Source: an uncultured Acidobacteriota bacterium (GTDB lineage: Bacteria > Acidobacteriota > Terriglobia > Acidiferrales > UBA7541). Taken from it: a stretch of DNA of 64,000 bases. The position numbers and the translations under genes were made by a program. Where the stretch lies: positions 347,367 through 411,366 of the forward strand of contig CAWAWE010000001.1 in assembly GCA_963785605.1 (NCBI GenBank). The letters are read 5' to 3'. Below, piece after piece: positions 1-11,040 of this stretch. Every line of letters begins with the position of its first letter. The stretch's first letter is position 1. The notes under the pieces are model-generated. The model had not been told where the DNA came from and did not search any database. It saw nothing but the letters and a program-made list of their open reading frames with translations.

Positions 1-74
1 TGTGCGCATGCTCATAGATAGGAACGCAAAATTGTGGAAAAAGTTTCGTACGGCGCCGAACTATTTAGAGCGAT

Positions 75-2501
75 CTATTCGTAGCGCAAGGCGATGATCG
101 GATCGACTCGCGTCGCGCGCCGCGCCGGGAAGAACGACGCCGCGGCGGAAACCGCGATTAACAGACTCGCAACAACCAGGAATGTCGCTGGGTCGTAGGC
201 ACTGATGCCGTAGAGAAAGCTGGCGAGTAGCCGTGTCAGCGCGAGTCCGGCGGCCACGCCGATGCCGACGCCCAGCAGCGCATATCGCAAGCCCTCACCC
301 ACCACAGTGCGAAAAACGTCCCTCGGTTGCGCTCCCAGCGTGACGCGAATGCCGATTTCGCTGGTGCGCTGCGTCACGGAGTACGACATCACGCCGTAGA
401 TCCCAACCGCCGCGAGCAGCAGCGCGAGCGCCGCAAAAATCCCGATCAGCCACGTTCGAAATCGCGGCTGCGCGACCGTAGCCGCCATGTTGTCTTCCAT
501 CGTCCTGATTTTCACGATCGGCTGATTCGGATCGATCTCCGCCACCGCGCTGCGCAGCGACGCAGCCTCCTGATGGGGATCCGCGGATGTTCGCATCACC
601 AGCGAAAGCTGGAAAACGGGCAACAGTTGATCGCCCTGCTTATACGGCACAAACATTTCCGCAGTGGGATCGAGCCCGAGCCCCTGCGTGACGTTCGAAA
701 CCACGCCAACAATTTCCATCGTGGGCACGGTGTTGTCGGGAGTCGCGCCGAGTTGAATGCGCCGACCCAGCGGATTTTCGTTGGGAAAATAGGTTTTGGC
801 AAAAGTCGAGTTGACCACGACGACAGACGGCGCGCGCTCAGTATCGGATCGTTGCAGATAACGCCCCTGCAGCAACGGCACGCCGAGCGTCTCGAAATAA
901 TTGGAAGTCACGGCGCAATAGCCCGCGGCAACATACTCGTGCGGACTTTTCGGCGGATGCCCAGTAACGTTGAAGTGGATGATGCTCCCTCCGCCGCTGA
1001 CCGGAAGATACGAAGCCGCCGCGGCCGAGCGGACTCCCGGCAAAGTTTGCGCGCGATCAACGAGACGATCGTAGAAACCGTAGCGCTGCTCGGGCTGTGC
1101 GTACGCGGTTTGCGAGACCGGCAAGTCGGCAACGAAAAGGTGATCGGCCTGGAATCCAATCGGCGTGTCTTGCATGCGCTCAAAACTACGCAGCAGCAAT
1201 CCCGAGCCGACGAGCAGCAACATCGCCAGCGCGATCTCGGTGCAGATCAAAGCGCCGCGAAGGCGATGATGCCCGGGGCCGGCCGTCGAACCGCGCGAGC
1301 CTTCGTTCAGCGTTTCGCGCAGATCGAGTCGCGTCGTGCGCAACGCCGGCGCGATACCAAACAAAAGCCCGGTGATCACCGACACGACCATCGTGAAAAT
1401 CAAAACAGGGCGATCGAGCGTAACGTCGAAAACAAGCGGCACCGAACCCGCGGAGATTTTCAGCAACGGGCCGAGCGAAGCTTGCGCAAAAAACAGCCCG
1501 AGCACACCGCCCGCCACCGACAGCAGCACGCTCTCGGTCAGCAGCTGCCGAATCACGCGACCCCGGCTCGCCCCCATCGAAGTCCGAATCGCCATTTCTC
1601 TTCCGCGCCCCGCTGCCCGCGCAAGCAGCAAATTCGCTACGTTCGCGCACGCGATCAGCAACACAAACGTCACCGCGCCGAGCAGCAACATCAGCGCCGG
1701 CCTCACGTTTTGCACCATTTGCCCTTGCAGCGACACGACGTCGGCGCTCGTGCCCGTGTTGTAGTCCGGATACTGCTGCTCGAGCCGCTTCGTGATTCCA
1801 ATCATCTCCGTGCGAGCTTGGTCGCGCGAGACGCCGGGCTTCAGCCGGCCGATCACGATGATGCCAGGATGCCAGTTGCGATCGTCGGGCAGCGTCGCCG
1901 CCCACGGAGTGAACGGCAAAAAAACGTCGGCAGGCTGCAGCAGCTCAAATCCCGCCGGCATCACGCCAATAATCGTGTAAGGGCGCGAATCGAGATCGAT
2001 TGACTTGCCCATCGCGTCCGCCGCTCCGCCAAATTGGCGCTGCCACAATCCGTAACTCAAAATCGCCACCGGCGGAGCTCCGGCGCGATCTTCGTCCGCG
2101 CGAAAGGTGCGGCCAACGCGCGCTTCGACTCCAAGCAGCGAGAACATCGGCGCCGTCATCATGCGAGCGCTGAGCCGCTGCGGCTCGCCCGCACCCGTGA
2201 GCGTGATCGTCGTCCCGCGCGTCGCTTCCAGCGTTTCAAACGACGAGCTTTGCGCGCGCCAATCGACGTAATTTTGAAAAGATGTGCTGATGACTGGAAA
2301 CGGGCTTTTTTCCGCGACGAGAATCAGGCGTGACGGATCCTTGTATGCGAGCGGGCGCAACAAAACTGCGTTCACGACGCTGAAGATGGCTGTGTTCGCG
2401 CCGATGCCGAGTGCGAGCGTCAGGATCGCGATCGCCGTGAACGTGGGCGTTTTCGCCAACAATCGGATCGCGTAACGGAGGTCTTGCAGGAGCGTCTGCA
2501 T
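75..2501 (-). CDS. ADOP-family (acidobacterial duplicated orphan permease) MacB/FtsX-like ABC permease
   Basis: 808-aa ORF. The N-terminus [51 protein letters not shown] is the canonical ADOP/MacB start. It has two large periplasmic domains, each followed by an FtsX-type TM block. No ATPase gene is adjacent. Confidence 0.9.
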   Translation of the reverse strand: MQTLLQDLRYAIRLLAKTPTFTAIAILTLALGIGANTAIFSVVNAVLLRPLAYKDPSRLILVAEKSPFPVISTSFQNYVDWRAQSSSFETLEATRGTTITLTGAGEPQRLSARMMTAPMFSLLGVEARVGRTFRADEDRAGAPPVAILSYGLWQRQFGGAADAMGKSIDLDSRPYTIIGVMPAGFELLQPADVFLPFTPWAATLPDDRNWHPGIIVIGRLKPGVSRDQARTEMIGITKRLEQQYPDYNTGTSADVVSLQGQMVQNVRPALMLLLGAVTFVLLIACANVANLLLARAAGRGREMAIRTSMGASRGRVIRQLLTESVLLSVAGGVLGLFFAQASLGPLLKISAGSVPLVFDVTLDRPVLIFTMVVSVITGLLFGIAPALRTTRLDLRETLNEGSRGSTAGPGHHRLRGALICTEIALAMLLLVGSGLLLRSFERMQDTPIGFQADHLFVADLPVSQTAYAQPEQRYGFYDRLVDRAQTLPGVRSAAAASYLPVSGGGSIIHFNVTGHPPKSPHEYVAAGYCAVTSNYFETLGVPLLQGRYLQRSDTERAPSVVVVNSTFAKTYFPNENPLGRRIQLGATPDNTVPTMEIVGVVSNVTQGLGLDPTAEMFVPYKQGDQLLPVFQLSLVMRTSADPHQEAASLRSAVAEIDPNQPIVKIRTMEDNMAATVAQPRFRTWLIGIFAALALLLAAVGIYGVMSYSVTQRTSEIGIRVTLGAQPRDVFRTVVGEGLRYALLGVGIGVAAGLALTRLLASFLYGISAYDPATFLVVASLLIAVSAAASFFPARRATRVDPIIALRYE

Positions 2502-2679
2502 CGGGAACCTCGATGGAAACTGGACTTGAGTGGCCGCCGGCCTTCGCCGTCGAGCTTTCGCTATTCAGGCGGACGAACCCTTTCGGGGTTTTGACGCGGC
2601 AGCGCCAGGAACGTTTCCGGCGAAAACGGCGCGCGCAGAGTGACAACGCTGAGCGCCGGCCTTTCCGCGATCGAGACGG

Positions 2680-4023
2680 TTACTTCGCCTTCGGGCGATT
2701 CAGATATTTTTCGTACTCCGCTTTGTGCTTGTTGTCGGTGGACGTGAGCTGTCCTTTGATAAACAGGTAGCGGACGTCCGTCGTCAGCTCGAGCGGGTCG
2801 CCGTTGGTCACGATAATGTTGGCGATTTTTCCGGTTTCGAGTGTGCCGATTTGATCCGACAGCCCGAAGATTTGCGCCGGGTAAATCGTGACGGCTTTCA
2901 GCGCCTCGTCATACGCGAGGCCGTGCGCAACAGCGTTTGCCGCTTGTTGACCAAGCCGGCGCGCGAACGAATTATCGAAGCTGCCGAACGCGAATTTCAC
3001 ATGTGCATCGGCAAGTTCCGCCGCTATGGTCATCGACCGATCATAGGGATCGTCTTCGTTGAGCGGCTCGGTGAGCGTGGGCTGGAGGATGACTGGAATA
3101 TTTTTGGATCGCAGTAAATCCTTCACCTTGTACGACTCCGCGCCACCGGCGAGGATCATCTTGATTTTCTGTTTGTCGCAAAAATCGACGGCGCTGCGAA
3201 TCTCTCGCGCGCGGCTGGCGAAAACCAAGACAGGGAGCTCGCCGCGTATCACCGGTACAAGCGCTTCCAACTTCAAGTCGCGTTGATATTCCGCCGGGCC
3301 GCCGTGGCCCCACGCCACCGCGTAGTGACGCGCGTTGTCGAGCCAATCGGAAAGCTCGTCAACCTGCTTGTCGTACTCCTGCTTCGCTTCGGTGTAGGGC
3401 TTCTGCTTGCGCGTAAACGTCGAGAAATCGAGCGACTCGGTGTCGATTGTCGGCCAGTCGATGACCATCGCGACGCTCTTCTTGATGAGCATGTCGTTGA
3501 TCGTCCAGCCGGCGAGATGAATCGCGGACGCTTGCCCGCCGAACAAATTCGCGCCTCCGCGCGAATCGAAACCGCCGCTCGCCGGAACGGCAAGAACCTC
3601 CGTGATGCCGGCGGCGCGCGTAACTGGGATGTGCTCGCTCGACGGCAGAACCGCGTCGGCCGCAACCGCGTCGGGGTTGATCGTGCCGGTTTCCGTGGTA
3701 TCAACCGTGGCGCTTACCGCCGAAATTTCGCTCAGACCGATTTGCGTGACCGGATCGAACAACCCGGGATATACCTGCAAGCCCTTGCCGTCGATCACTT
3801 GCGCGCCCGATGGAACGTCAACATTCGTTCCAACGGCAGCGATTTTTCCATCCTTGATCACCAGGACACCGTCTTCGATTGGCGCGCCAGCCAAAGTGAA
3901 TATCTTCGCGTGAGTGATCGCGACCGTTGTCGCCGGTTCCTGTTGCGCCAACGTCGCAGCCCCGCAAACCAGCGTAGCTGCGGTTGCCATCATGCCGATA
4001 CGTCGGAAGGGGTTGAGCTTCAC
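2680..4023 (-). CDS. Secreted amidohydrolase-family protein (paralog lacking the HxH metal motif)
   Basis: 447-aa ORF with a signal-like N-terminus (MMATAATLVCGAATLAQQ). It has an amidohydrolase-type N-terminal barrel (VLVIKDGKIAAVG..VIDGKGLQVYPGLFDPVTQIG) and a C-terminal GTLETGKIANIIVTNGDPLE tail. The position of the usual HxH motif reads FDPVTQ. Its start overlaps the stop of the upstream paralog by 4 nt. Confidence 0.85.
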   Translation of the reverse strand: MKLNPFRRIGMMATAATLVCGAATLAQQEPATTVAITHAKIFTLAGAPIEDGVLVIKDGKIAAVGTNVDVPSGAQVIDGKGLQVYPGLFDPVTQIGLSEISAVSATVDTTETGTINPDAVAADAVLPSSEHIPVTRAAGITEVLAVPASGGFDSRGGANLFGGQASAIHLAGWTINDMLIKKSVAMVIDWPTIDTESLDFSTFTRKQKPYTEAKQEYDKQVDELSDWLDNARHYAVAWGHGGPAEYQRDLKLEALVPVIRGELPVLVFASRAREIRSAVDFCDKQKIKMILAGGAESYKVKDLLRSKNIPVILQPTLTEPLNEDDPYDRSMTIAAELADAHVKFAFGSFDNSFARRLGQQAANAVAHGLAYDEALKAVTIYPAQIFGLSDQIGTLETGKIANIIVTNGDPLELTTDVRYLFIKGQLTSTDNKHKAEYEKYLNRPKAK

Positions 4024-5494
4024 AGCGCACCTCCGAACCCTGCGGCATCGCTCTGGGGTTTGGCCTTTTCGTCCGGCTTTTTGTCTCCAGGTTTCGCGTC
4101 CGACTTTTTCTCGTCTTTCTGTTCTTTCTTTTCCTTTTCGATCAGCGCCTTCTTTTCTTTCTCGAGATTCGCTCGATCCGCCAGGTCTTTCTGGCGATCA
4201 AACAAAACGCGGCCATCGACGAGCGTCTTCTGCACCACAGCGTAGGCGCTGAGCGGATCATGATTGTAGATAACGAGGTCGGCGTCTTTGCCGGTATCGA
4301 TCGAACCGACGCGCTTGTCGATGCCGAGTTGGAGCGCGGGATTGATCGTGACCAGCTTCAATGCCTCGTCGCGCGACAAACCGCCGAACTTGATCGTTTT
4401 CGCGGCTTCCTGATTCAGGTGTGTCGCTTCCTCGGCGTCATCGGAGTTGATCGAGACGATCACGCCGCGTTTCGTCATCAGTGCGGCGTTGTAAGGAATC
4501 GCGTTCCACGCCTCTTCTTTATACGACCACCAGTCGGAGAACGTAGAAGCGCCTACTCCGGCCGCGGCTAATTCATCGGCTACCTTGTAGCCTTCAAGAA
4601 CGTGCTGGAGCGTGCGCACTTTGAATCCAAACTCCTTCGCAACGCGCAGCAACATCAGGATTTCGTCTTCGCGGTAGCAGTGCGAATGAACGTAACGCTT
4701 CCCTTCCAGTACTTCGACGAGCGGATCGAGCCTTAAGATCGCGGCGCGGCGCAATCAGATTTTTCTCGCCGCCGGCGGAACGTTTGTTGTAGTCGTCCCA
4801 CGCTGCCTTGTAATCGCGAGCTTCAGAAAATGCACCGCGAATCGTTTCTTCCACGCCCATGCGGGTCGCGGGATAGCGCGATTCGCGTCCGCGTCCGCCG
4901 AAGTTGGAGTGCTTTGGGTTTTCGCCGAGCGCGAATTTGATTCCCGGCAGCGCCCCTTCAAACGGCAACTTGGAAGCAGGCTGGCCCCAGCGCATTTGAT
5001 CACTACAGTCTGGCCGCCGATCGGATTCGCGCTGCCATGCAGAATATTCGCCGTTGTGACGCCGCCCGCGAGATCGCGATAGATGTCGATGTCTTCGGGG
5101 TTCAGCACATCGGCCGTATTTGCGATCGACGACACCGAGATACTGCCTTCGTTCACATCGCCATCGATCGCGATGTGCGAGTGGCAATCGATGATGCCAG
5201 GCATAACGAACTGGCCGTTGGCGTCGATCACTGCGCGTCCTTGGGTGCCTTTAACGAATCGCCGCCGACTTCGGCGATCTTGCCATCCTTAATAAGGATG
5301 GAGCCGTGCTCGATGGTGCCGTGCGACACCGTAAGAATCGTCGCGTTTTGAATCAGAATGATCGGCGCGGCTTCAGGGGCCGGCGTCGCATTCGGTTGCG
5401 CGGCGAAAAGTTTCGATGCGCTTAGTGCGAAAGTCCCTGCAACGGCGATGGTGAGTGCTGCAACGAGTCGCTTGTTCATAGTTGGGTTATTCAT
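4020..5494 (-). pseudogene. Amidohydrolase-family gene interrupted by three frame breaks (the only paralog of the trio with an intact HxH motif)
   Basis: Four ORF pieces read as one protein: 5228-5494, then 4755-5231, then the 4594-5187 frame, then 4020-4754. The joined sequence is ..[15 protein letters not shown]|[32 protein letters not shown]|MRWGQPASKLPFEGALPGIKFALGENPK..APRRDL|RLDPLVEVLEGKRYVHSHCYRE..SINSDD..GSIDTGKDADLVIY. The breaks lie near 5229-5231, 4995-4997 (an AAA run) and 4733-4740. Confidence 0.8.
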
Positions 5495-7242
5495 CGCGGG
5501 CTCCTCACATCCGCGGCGACATCTGCGGCGACATCTGTGGCGATTGATTTTTCGCTGGGCTTCGCTCCGGTGAAGTCGATGTCAATGCCGACGCTGGCTA
5601 TGTGAATGTTCCCTTTCATCGCTTTTCCATCGAAGGTGCCGGAAAAAATCACATCGCTCGGCGAATCTTCGACCGGAAGGTTGATCTTGAAGCTGAATTT
5701 GTCGGCGCTCAGATTGCCCTCGATGATGTCGGAATTGCCGTGCTTGCTTTCGACGGTGCCGGAAAGCGAACCATCGGAGGCCATCGAAATATTCGCGGTG
5801 GCTTCGTCCGGACCTTCGGGCGAAGTAAACGTCAGTTTCCATTTGCCGGTCAGATCGCCCTTGGGCGGATCTTTCGGTTTTTCGGGCTCGTGAATCGTAT
5901 ATTTGCGGCCATCGACGAAAACGTACTTGATTTTTGTTTTCTCGCCGAAGATATCGCCGTCGGCAACAACGAGGTTGGCGATCTTGCCTTTCTCGATGGA
6001 GCCAAGACGATCCGAAACGCCAAAGATTTCAGCGGAAGACAACGTGAGGGCGCGAAGCGCAGCGTCGGCACTCAGCCCTGCGTCGATCGATTTTTTTGCG
6101 GCTTTCAGCGTGTCCTTCGGACTGGTCGCGCCGCCGGAATAGAACGCGAATTTCACGTTGGCTTTCGCCAACGCGGCCGGAGATGACGGCGCGCGATCGC
6201 GGAACCGAAGCGTTTGCAGCGTCGGAGTTCTGTCGGGATCGGCGTCTTTCTCGCCCTCAGGCCATTTTAGATTGACCAGCATAGGCAATTTCTTTGCGGC
6301 GATTTCGTCGGCTACTTCGTAGCCCATCTGTCCGCCATAAAGGACCGCGGGAACGTGCCAGCGATCGACGAGCTCGAACGAGCGGCGAATCTGAATCGTC
6401 GTGTTCGCGGGAATCAGAACGACGGCGTGATCTTCCAGCGCATCTGCGAGCGCGGAGTCTGTGCGGTCGTAGCGAGGACGCGCCATACCGCGTGGATTTT
6501 TGTCGTAGATCGATTCGGCTCGGCCGCTCCATTCCGTATCGAGCCAGACCTGATGCACGTAGCCGAGCGTGCCCATCAGCGAACCGGGAAAGCTGGCGAA
6601 ACTTCCCGGCGGCTGCAACGTAACGGGAATTGCGACTGGCGATTTCACCACGAGATCGCCGTTGCGTTCACCACCAAGATCGAGCAGTGCCGCTTGCCCC
6701 GGAAAAATTCCACCTCGATTCGCAGACACGACCGTAGTGAAGCCGCCGTCGCGCCAAGTTTGGATGCGCTTGTCGCTCAGCGTTGCTTCGCCGGCGGCGT
6801 CGCGCCACGGCGTCGATGCCGGGCGATCTTCAGGACCGCGCGAGCTTGGAGCGGCTGGGCGCGCGCCTTCCGCTCCCGGCGGCGTGACGAGGCCAACGTC
6901 GGTGAACGAATCGATCAGCCCGGGATAAACGGTGAGGCCTTTGCCGTCGATCACCCAGGTTTCTTGCGGGAAGTTCACGTCTTTGCCGACGGCGGTGATC
7001 ACGCCGTGCGCGATGATCACGGTGCCGTTCTCGATGCGCGGGCCGGATACGGGCACGATGGTCGCGCCGCGAATGGCGAACGTTTGCGGCTCGCCTCCCT
7101 GCGCTGCGGCGCGCTGAGCAACGGCGGCGCTGAGCAGCAACGCAATGGCCGCAGCGGCAACGATTGAGGCAAGTGTGGACGCTGTTGCGGAGACAAACGA
7201 CAAACTTCGACGCGACAAACTTCGGCGCAGGACGCGATGCAT
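5491..7242 (-). CDS. Secreted amidohydrolase-family protein with an extra C-terminal beta-rich domain (HxH motif absent)
   Basis: 583-aa ORF with a signal-like N-terminus ending [10 protein letters not shown]. It carries [22 protein letters not shown] in place of the HxH motif, and [19 protein letters not shown] near the end of the hydrolase fold. An additional segment of about 130 aa follows ([23 protein letters not shown]..). Its stop overlaps the next gene's start. Confidence 0.85.
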   Translation of the reverse strand: MHRVLRRSLSRRSLSFVSATASTLASIVAAAAIALLLSAAVAQRAAAQGGEPQTFAIRGATIVPVSGPRIENGTVIIAHGVITAVGKDVNFPQETWVIDGKGLTVYPGLIDSFTDVGLVTPPGAEGARPAAPSSRGPEDRPASTPWRDAAGEATLSDKRIQTWRDGGFTTVVSANRGGIFPGQAALLDLGGERNGDLVVKSPVAIPVTLQPPGSFASFPGSLMGTLGYVHQVWLDTEWSGRAESIYDKNPRGMARPRYDRTDSALADALEDHAVVLIPANTTIQIRRSFELVDRWHVPAVLYGGQMGYEVADEIAAKKLPMLVNLKWPEGEKDADPDRTPTLQTLRFRDRAPSSPAALAKANVKFAFYSGGATSPKDTLKAAKKSIDAGLSADAALRALTLSSAEIFGVSDRLGSIEKGKIANLVVADGDIFGEKTKIKYVFVDGRKYTIHEPEKPKDPPKGDLTGKWKLTFTSPEGPDEATANISMASDGSLSGTVESKHGNSDIIEGNLSADKFSFKINLPVEDSPSDVIFSGTFDGKAMKGNIHIASVGIDIDFTGAKPSEKSIATDVAADVAADVRSPR

Positions 7243-7514
7243 TCGAGACTCCCTCAGTTGGGTTGCGTGGAGGACGCGGACCCGGACGTTGGTGTTGTAG
7301 ACGGATGAGGCTAGTGGGAAGTTACAGGAGTGTCAAGGCGCGGTCGAGCAACTCGGAACTCTCGCGCTCAGATTCGGTAGCGCTCAACGATCTCCGGATC
7401 GGCGTCGAAGAGACGCAGACGATCGGGCGCTTTGAGCGTCTGCGAGAATTACGAAGGTTCATGGAACTTTTGTGTGGATGCTTCCGTATTGCCTACCAAT
7501 AGGAGCAGTTTCGG

Positions 7515-7539
7515 GCTGCTATGGGGTCGCCATAGGAGC
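7515..7539. promoter_or_regulatory. Inverted repeat just upstream of padR (candidate autoregulatory operator)
   Basis: GCTGCTATGG-GGTCG-CCATAGGAGC has 10-nt arms with one mismatch. It lies 18 nt upstream of the PadR start codon, in the divergent intergenic region 7243-7556. Confidence 0.3.
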
Positions 7540-7556
7540 GATGCCGGGAGAAATCA

Positions 7557-7898
7557 ATGGGTGACAAAACGGACGTCTGGCAAGGGACGCTGGCGCTGAT
7601 GGTGCTGAAAACGCTGGAGATGCTTGGGCCGCTGCACGGTTATGGCATCGCGCGGCGCATCGAGCAGACCAGCGGCGATTTGCTGTCGGTGAATTACGGC
7701 ACGTTGTATCCGGCGCTGCTCAAGTTGGAGCAGGAGGGATACATCGATTCCGAGTGGGGCGTGTCGGACAACAACCGCAAGGCGAAGTTTTACCGGCTGA
7801 CGCGCGCGGGGCGGAAGCAGTTGGCGAGAGAGGCTCGCGAGTGGTCGCAAGCGACGGAAATTTTGGCGCGATTTTTGGCGGCAGGAGACGCTCGTTAG
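7557..7898 (+). CDS. PadR-family transcriptional regulator (acidobacterial type that precedes ADOP permeases)
   Basis: 113 aa. The sequence GTLALMVLKTLEMLGPLHGYGIARRIEQTSGDLLSVNYGTLYPALLKLEQEGYIDSEWGVSDNNRKAKFYRLTRAGRKQL is a textbook PadR winged helix. Confidence 0.92.
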   Translation: MGDKTDVWQGTLALMVLKTLEMLGPLHGYGIARRIEQTSGDLLSVNYGTLYPALLKLEQEGYIDSEWGVSDNNRKAKFYRLTRAGRKQLAREAREWSQATEILARFLAAGDAR

Positions 7899-8055
7899 AG
7901 CGATTGGAGAGGAGCGGCGATGAGAAGGATTCGAGCGTGGTTTTTGCGGCTGGGGAATTTTTTCGGTCGATCGCGCGCTGCGGAGCAGGACTTTGCGGAT
8001 GAGATGCAGAGCAATCTGCAGATGCACATCGATGAGAACTTGCGGCGCGGGATGA

Positions 8056-10569
8056 GTGCGGAAGAGGCGCGGCGACGACGCGCTGATGCGGTTGGGCGGC
8101 GTGGCGCAGACGGAAGAGATCGTGCGAGATCGGCGCTCGCTGCCGGCGCTGGAATCGTTCGCGCAGGACTTTCGTTTTGCTGTGCGGATGTTGCTGAAGA
8201 ATCCGGGATTTACTTTGACGGCGGTGCTGATTCTTGCGTTGGGAATCGGCGCGAACACGGCGATGTTCAGCGTTGTGCGCGCTGTGCTGTTGCGGCCGCT
8301 GGATTATTCGCAACCGGATCGAATCGTGCGCGTCGTTACGCTGTGGCAGAAATCAGGGCATCAAGGGCAAGTGTCCGCGCCGGATTTTCATGATTGGCAC
8401 GATCAGAGCACCGCGTTCGAGCACATGGCGATTTACGCGAACAACGAAATGCCGGTCTCGGTCGGCAGCGGCGCGAACGCGACTGCGGAATTTCCGATGG
8501 CGACAGCGATCGCTTCGGACTTTTTTGAGTGCTTCGGAATCGAGCCCGTCGTTGGGCGAAAGTTCACCTCGGAAGACATCAAGGTTGGCAGCGCGGGAGC
8601 GGCGATCGTTAGCTACGGATTTGCTGTTCGCAATTTCGGTGAGGCGCACGCTGCGCTCGGCAAAACTTTGGGAGTCGGGGGAAAGACGATCGATGTCGTT
8701 GGCGTGATGCCGGTTGGGTTTCGATTTCCCGAGAACACCGATGTGTGGATTACCGAAAGTATTTTTGGCGAAGAGACGCCGTCGCGTTCGGCGCACAACT
8801 ATCGCGTCGTCGGCCGGTTGAAAGAAGGCGTCGATGTGGCGCAAGCGCAAACGCAGATGACGGCGATCGCGGCGCGGCTTGAAGAAAAATATCCGGACTC
8901 GAACAAGACGAAGAGTGCGAGCGTTGCGCGGCTGCGGGATTTTCTGGTGAGCGACTACCGGTTGACGCTGCTGGTGATGCTGGCGGCGGTTGGTGTGGTG
9001 TTGCTGATCGCGTGCGCGAATCTGGCGAACATGTTGCTGGCGCGTGCCGTTGGGCGGACGCGGGAGATTGCTATTCGCGCGGCGATGGGCGCGGGACGCG
9101 GACGCATCGTGCGGCAACTCGTTACGGAAAGCATCGTGCTCGCGCTGGTTGCAGGCGCCGTCGGCGTGATTCTGGCGTATTGGGGAGCGAAGACGCTGGT
9201 GGCGCTGGCTCCTGGGGATGTGCCGCGACTGAGTGAGACGGGGATCGATGGCGGCGTGCTGTTGTTTGCGTTTGGACTGTCACTCGTTGCGAGTCTCGTG
9301 TTTGGGCTCGCGCCGGCGCTCCAGGTTTTGCGCGTCGATTTGAATTCGGCGTTGAAGCAGAGCGTGCGACGCGCGGGGGGCGGGACGCTGGCGGATCGCT
9401 TGCGGCAAGGTTTAGTTGTCGCTGAGATCGCGCTGTCGGTGATTCTCGTTGCTGGGGCCGGGCTGCTCATCAAGAGCCTCGTTGCTTTGCAAAATGTGGA
9501 ACTAGGAATTACTTCGGATCGAATCGTGATGGCGGAGACGAGCGTGCCTTCGGTCGATCTTGATTCAGCGAGGCGCGGCATTCGCTTTTATTCGCAGCTG
9601 ATTCCGGAATTGCGGGCGCTGCCCGGTGTGCGCGGTGCAGCGGGAACCACGATGGTTCCGGGATATACGAGCTCGAACGGAATTTATTTCGTCGATCATT
9701 TGCCGACGAGTTTCGACATCACCGGACCGAATGCGATTTTTACGGTGATGACGCCGGATGCGTTTGCGACGATGGGGATTCCGTTGAAGAACGGGCGCGA
9801 TTTTAACGATGCCGATGGTTACGATGCGCCGTTCACCGCGGTCATCAATGAGGCGCTGGCGCGGCGCTCGTTTCCGAATGAAGATCCGATCGGGCGCGAG
9901 ATTTATTGCGGGCTCGATTCGATGAAGCCGATGAAGATTGTCGGCGTCGTCGGCAATGTGCGGCAGCAAGGACCTACGAGCGAGCCGGAGGCTGAGATCT
10001 ACATGCCGTATTTGCAGCATCCGCAGCCGGCGACGAACATGCGCGTGATTGTGCGGACGAACGCGGAGCCTGGCGTGATTACCGCGGCGATGCGCGAACG
10101 GATGCGTGTGATCTCGCCGGACGTGCCTGCGAAGTTTTCGACGATGGAGCAGGCGCTGGCTGAAAATATTGCGGCGCCGCGATTCCGGACGCTGCTGCTG
10201 GGAATTTTTGCGGGGCTGGCGGTTTGCTTGGCGCTCGCTGGGGTGTACGGAGTGATGTCGTACGTCGTGGGGCAGCGGGCGAATGAGATTGGGCTGCGCA
10301 TGGCATTGGGCGCTAGCCCGAGCGAGATTTTGCGGCTCGTGTTGCGGCAGGCGCTGGTGCTCGCCGGCATGGGGATTGTGATCGGGTTTGCCGGGGCGGC
10401 GGCGGTGACGCGGTTGTTGACGAGCATGTTGTTTGGGGTGAAGGCGACCGATCCGGCGACTTATGCCGCGGTGATTGGAATTGTGCTGGTGGCGGCTTTG
10501 CTGGCCAGCTACATTCCGGCGCGGCGGGCGATGCGCGTTGATCCGATGGTGGCGCTGCGGTACGAGTGA
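8056..10569 (+). CDS. ADOP-family MacB/FtsX-like permease; the true N-terminus lies in another frame from 7920
   Basis: 837-aa ORF with ..[42 protein letters not shown] and duplicated FtsX blocks. ORF 7920-8393 encodes the expected leader [52 protein letters not shown], which should continue as [14 protein letters not shown] in the 8056 frame. This implies a 1-nt insertion near 8070-8080 (cgacgacg). Confidence 0.88.
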   Translation: MRKRRGDDALMRLGGVAQTEEIVRDRRSLPALESFAQDFRFAVRMLLKNPGFTLTAVLILALGIGANTAMFSVVRAVLLRPLDYSQPDRIVRVVTLWQKSGHQGQVSAPDFHDWHDQSTAFEHMAIYANNEMPVSVGSGANATAEFPMATAIASDFFECFGIEPVVGRKFTSEDIKVGSAGAAIVSYGFAVRNFGEAHAALGKTLGVGGKTIDVVGVMPVGFRFPENTDVWITESIFGEETPSRSAHNYRVVGRLKEGVDVAQAQTQMTAIAARLEEKYPDSNKTKSASVARLRDFLVSDYRLTLLVMLAAVGVVLLIACANLANMLLARAVGRTREIAIRAAMGAGRGRIVRQLVTESIVLALVAGAVGVILAYWGAKTLVALAPGDVPRLSETGIDGGVLLFAFGLSLVASLVFGLAPALQVLRVDLNSALKQSVRRAGGGTLADRLRQGLVVAEIALSVILVAGAGLLIKSLVALQNVELGITSDRIVMAETSVPSVDLDSARRGIRFYSQLIPELRALPGVRGAAGTTMVPGYTSSNGIYFVDHLPTSFDITGPNAIFTVMTPDAFATMGIPLKNGRDFNDADGYDAPFTAVINEALARRSFPNEDPIGREIYCGLDSMKPMKIVGVVGNVRQQGPTSEPEAEIYMPYLQHPQPATNMRVIVRTNAEPGVITAAMRERMRVISPDVPAKFSTMEQALAENIAAPRFRTLLLGIFAGLAVCLALAGVYGVMSYVVGQRANEIGLRMALGASPSEILRLVLRQALVLAGMGIVIGFAGAAAVTRLLTSMLFGVKATDPATYAAVIGIVLVAALLASYIPARRAMRVDPMVALRYE

Positions 10570-10580
10570 ACGGAGCGACA

Positions 10581-10612
10581 AAGCGAAGTAAAGAAGCAAC
10601 GAAGTAATGATG
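10581..10612 (+). repeat. Stop-proximal purine-rich module, copy D1 (aagcgaagtaaagaag..gaagtaatgatg)
   Basis: It starts 12 nt after the ADOP stop codon. Related copies lie at 43944-43984 and 46655-46676. A C6-T-C8 tract and a T6 run follow at 10638-10660. Confidence 0.6.
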
Positions 10613-10664
10613 TAACGAAACGGCGGGAGAAACGGCGCCCCCCTCCCCCCCCGGGTGTTTTTTG

Positions 10665-10759
10665 CAAGAATGTGATTCTATGGGTGTTAGAGACGCGCTG
10701 GTGTCAAGAGTGTGATTCTAAATGGGATATTGGGGCGCGACTCTAAGAGCTTGATTCCA
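10665..10759. repeat. 40-nt-period direct repeat, CAAGA(A/G)TGTGATTCTA x2 plus one degenerate copy
   Basis: 10665-10680 and 10705-10720 are identical apart from one base. 10744-10759 (taagagcttgattcca) is a degenerate third copy. A related motif is seen at 40793-40808. Confidence 0.6.
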
Positions 10760-11040
10760 GGGGAGATGCGGGCGTCCCAAAATGGAACGAGCGGCGGGTT
10801 TGGCCGCCGCTCGCAGTATTTCACGGAAGTTATATTACCACCGCGGCACTATCGGAGTCAAGAGCCAAGACCTTTACCCAGTGGCTGCGGCTCTCGATGA
10901 CGCGACCCAACCGCGATTCCTCGACATGAGATGCTGTTGCGTCGCTCTATTGAGAGCCCGAACATTGGGAGGAAGTGGGCCATTGTAGTTCTACGTCAGA
11001 TGCATTCGAATCAAAGGTATAGGCGATAGTCCAGGTTCCG

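Noticed and set aside
327-2003. A 558-aa plus-strand ORF inside the first ADOP permease gene. Similar long antisense or alternative-frame ORFs occur at 9565-10599, 32933-33790, 36562-37596, 38456-39658, 51316-52620 and 60348-61259.
   Set aside because: All are Arg/Gly/Asp-rich with no recognisable domains. Each lies opposite or out of frame to a gene with strong family signatures. They are GC-driven shadow ORFs.
4020-5494. Programmed ribosomal frameshifting as the explanation for the frame breaks.
   Set aside because: There are three breaks in one gene and eleven in the window. Their directions are mixed. None has a slippery heptamer plus a downstream structure. Indel error or decay is far more parsimonious.
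10665-10759. A possible miniature CRISPR array, suggested by the regular 40-nt spacing.
   Set aside because: There are only two good copies plus one degenerate copy. The repeats are 16 nt rather than 28-37 nt. No cas genes are in the window, and similar words occur singly elsewhere.
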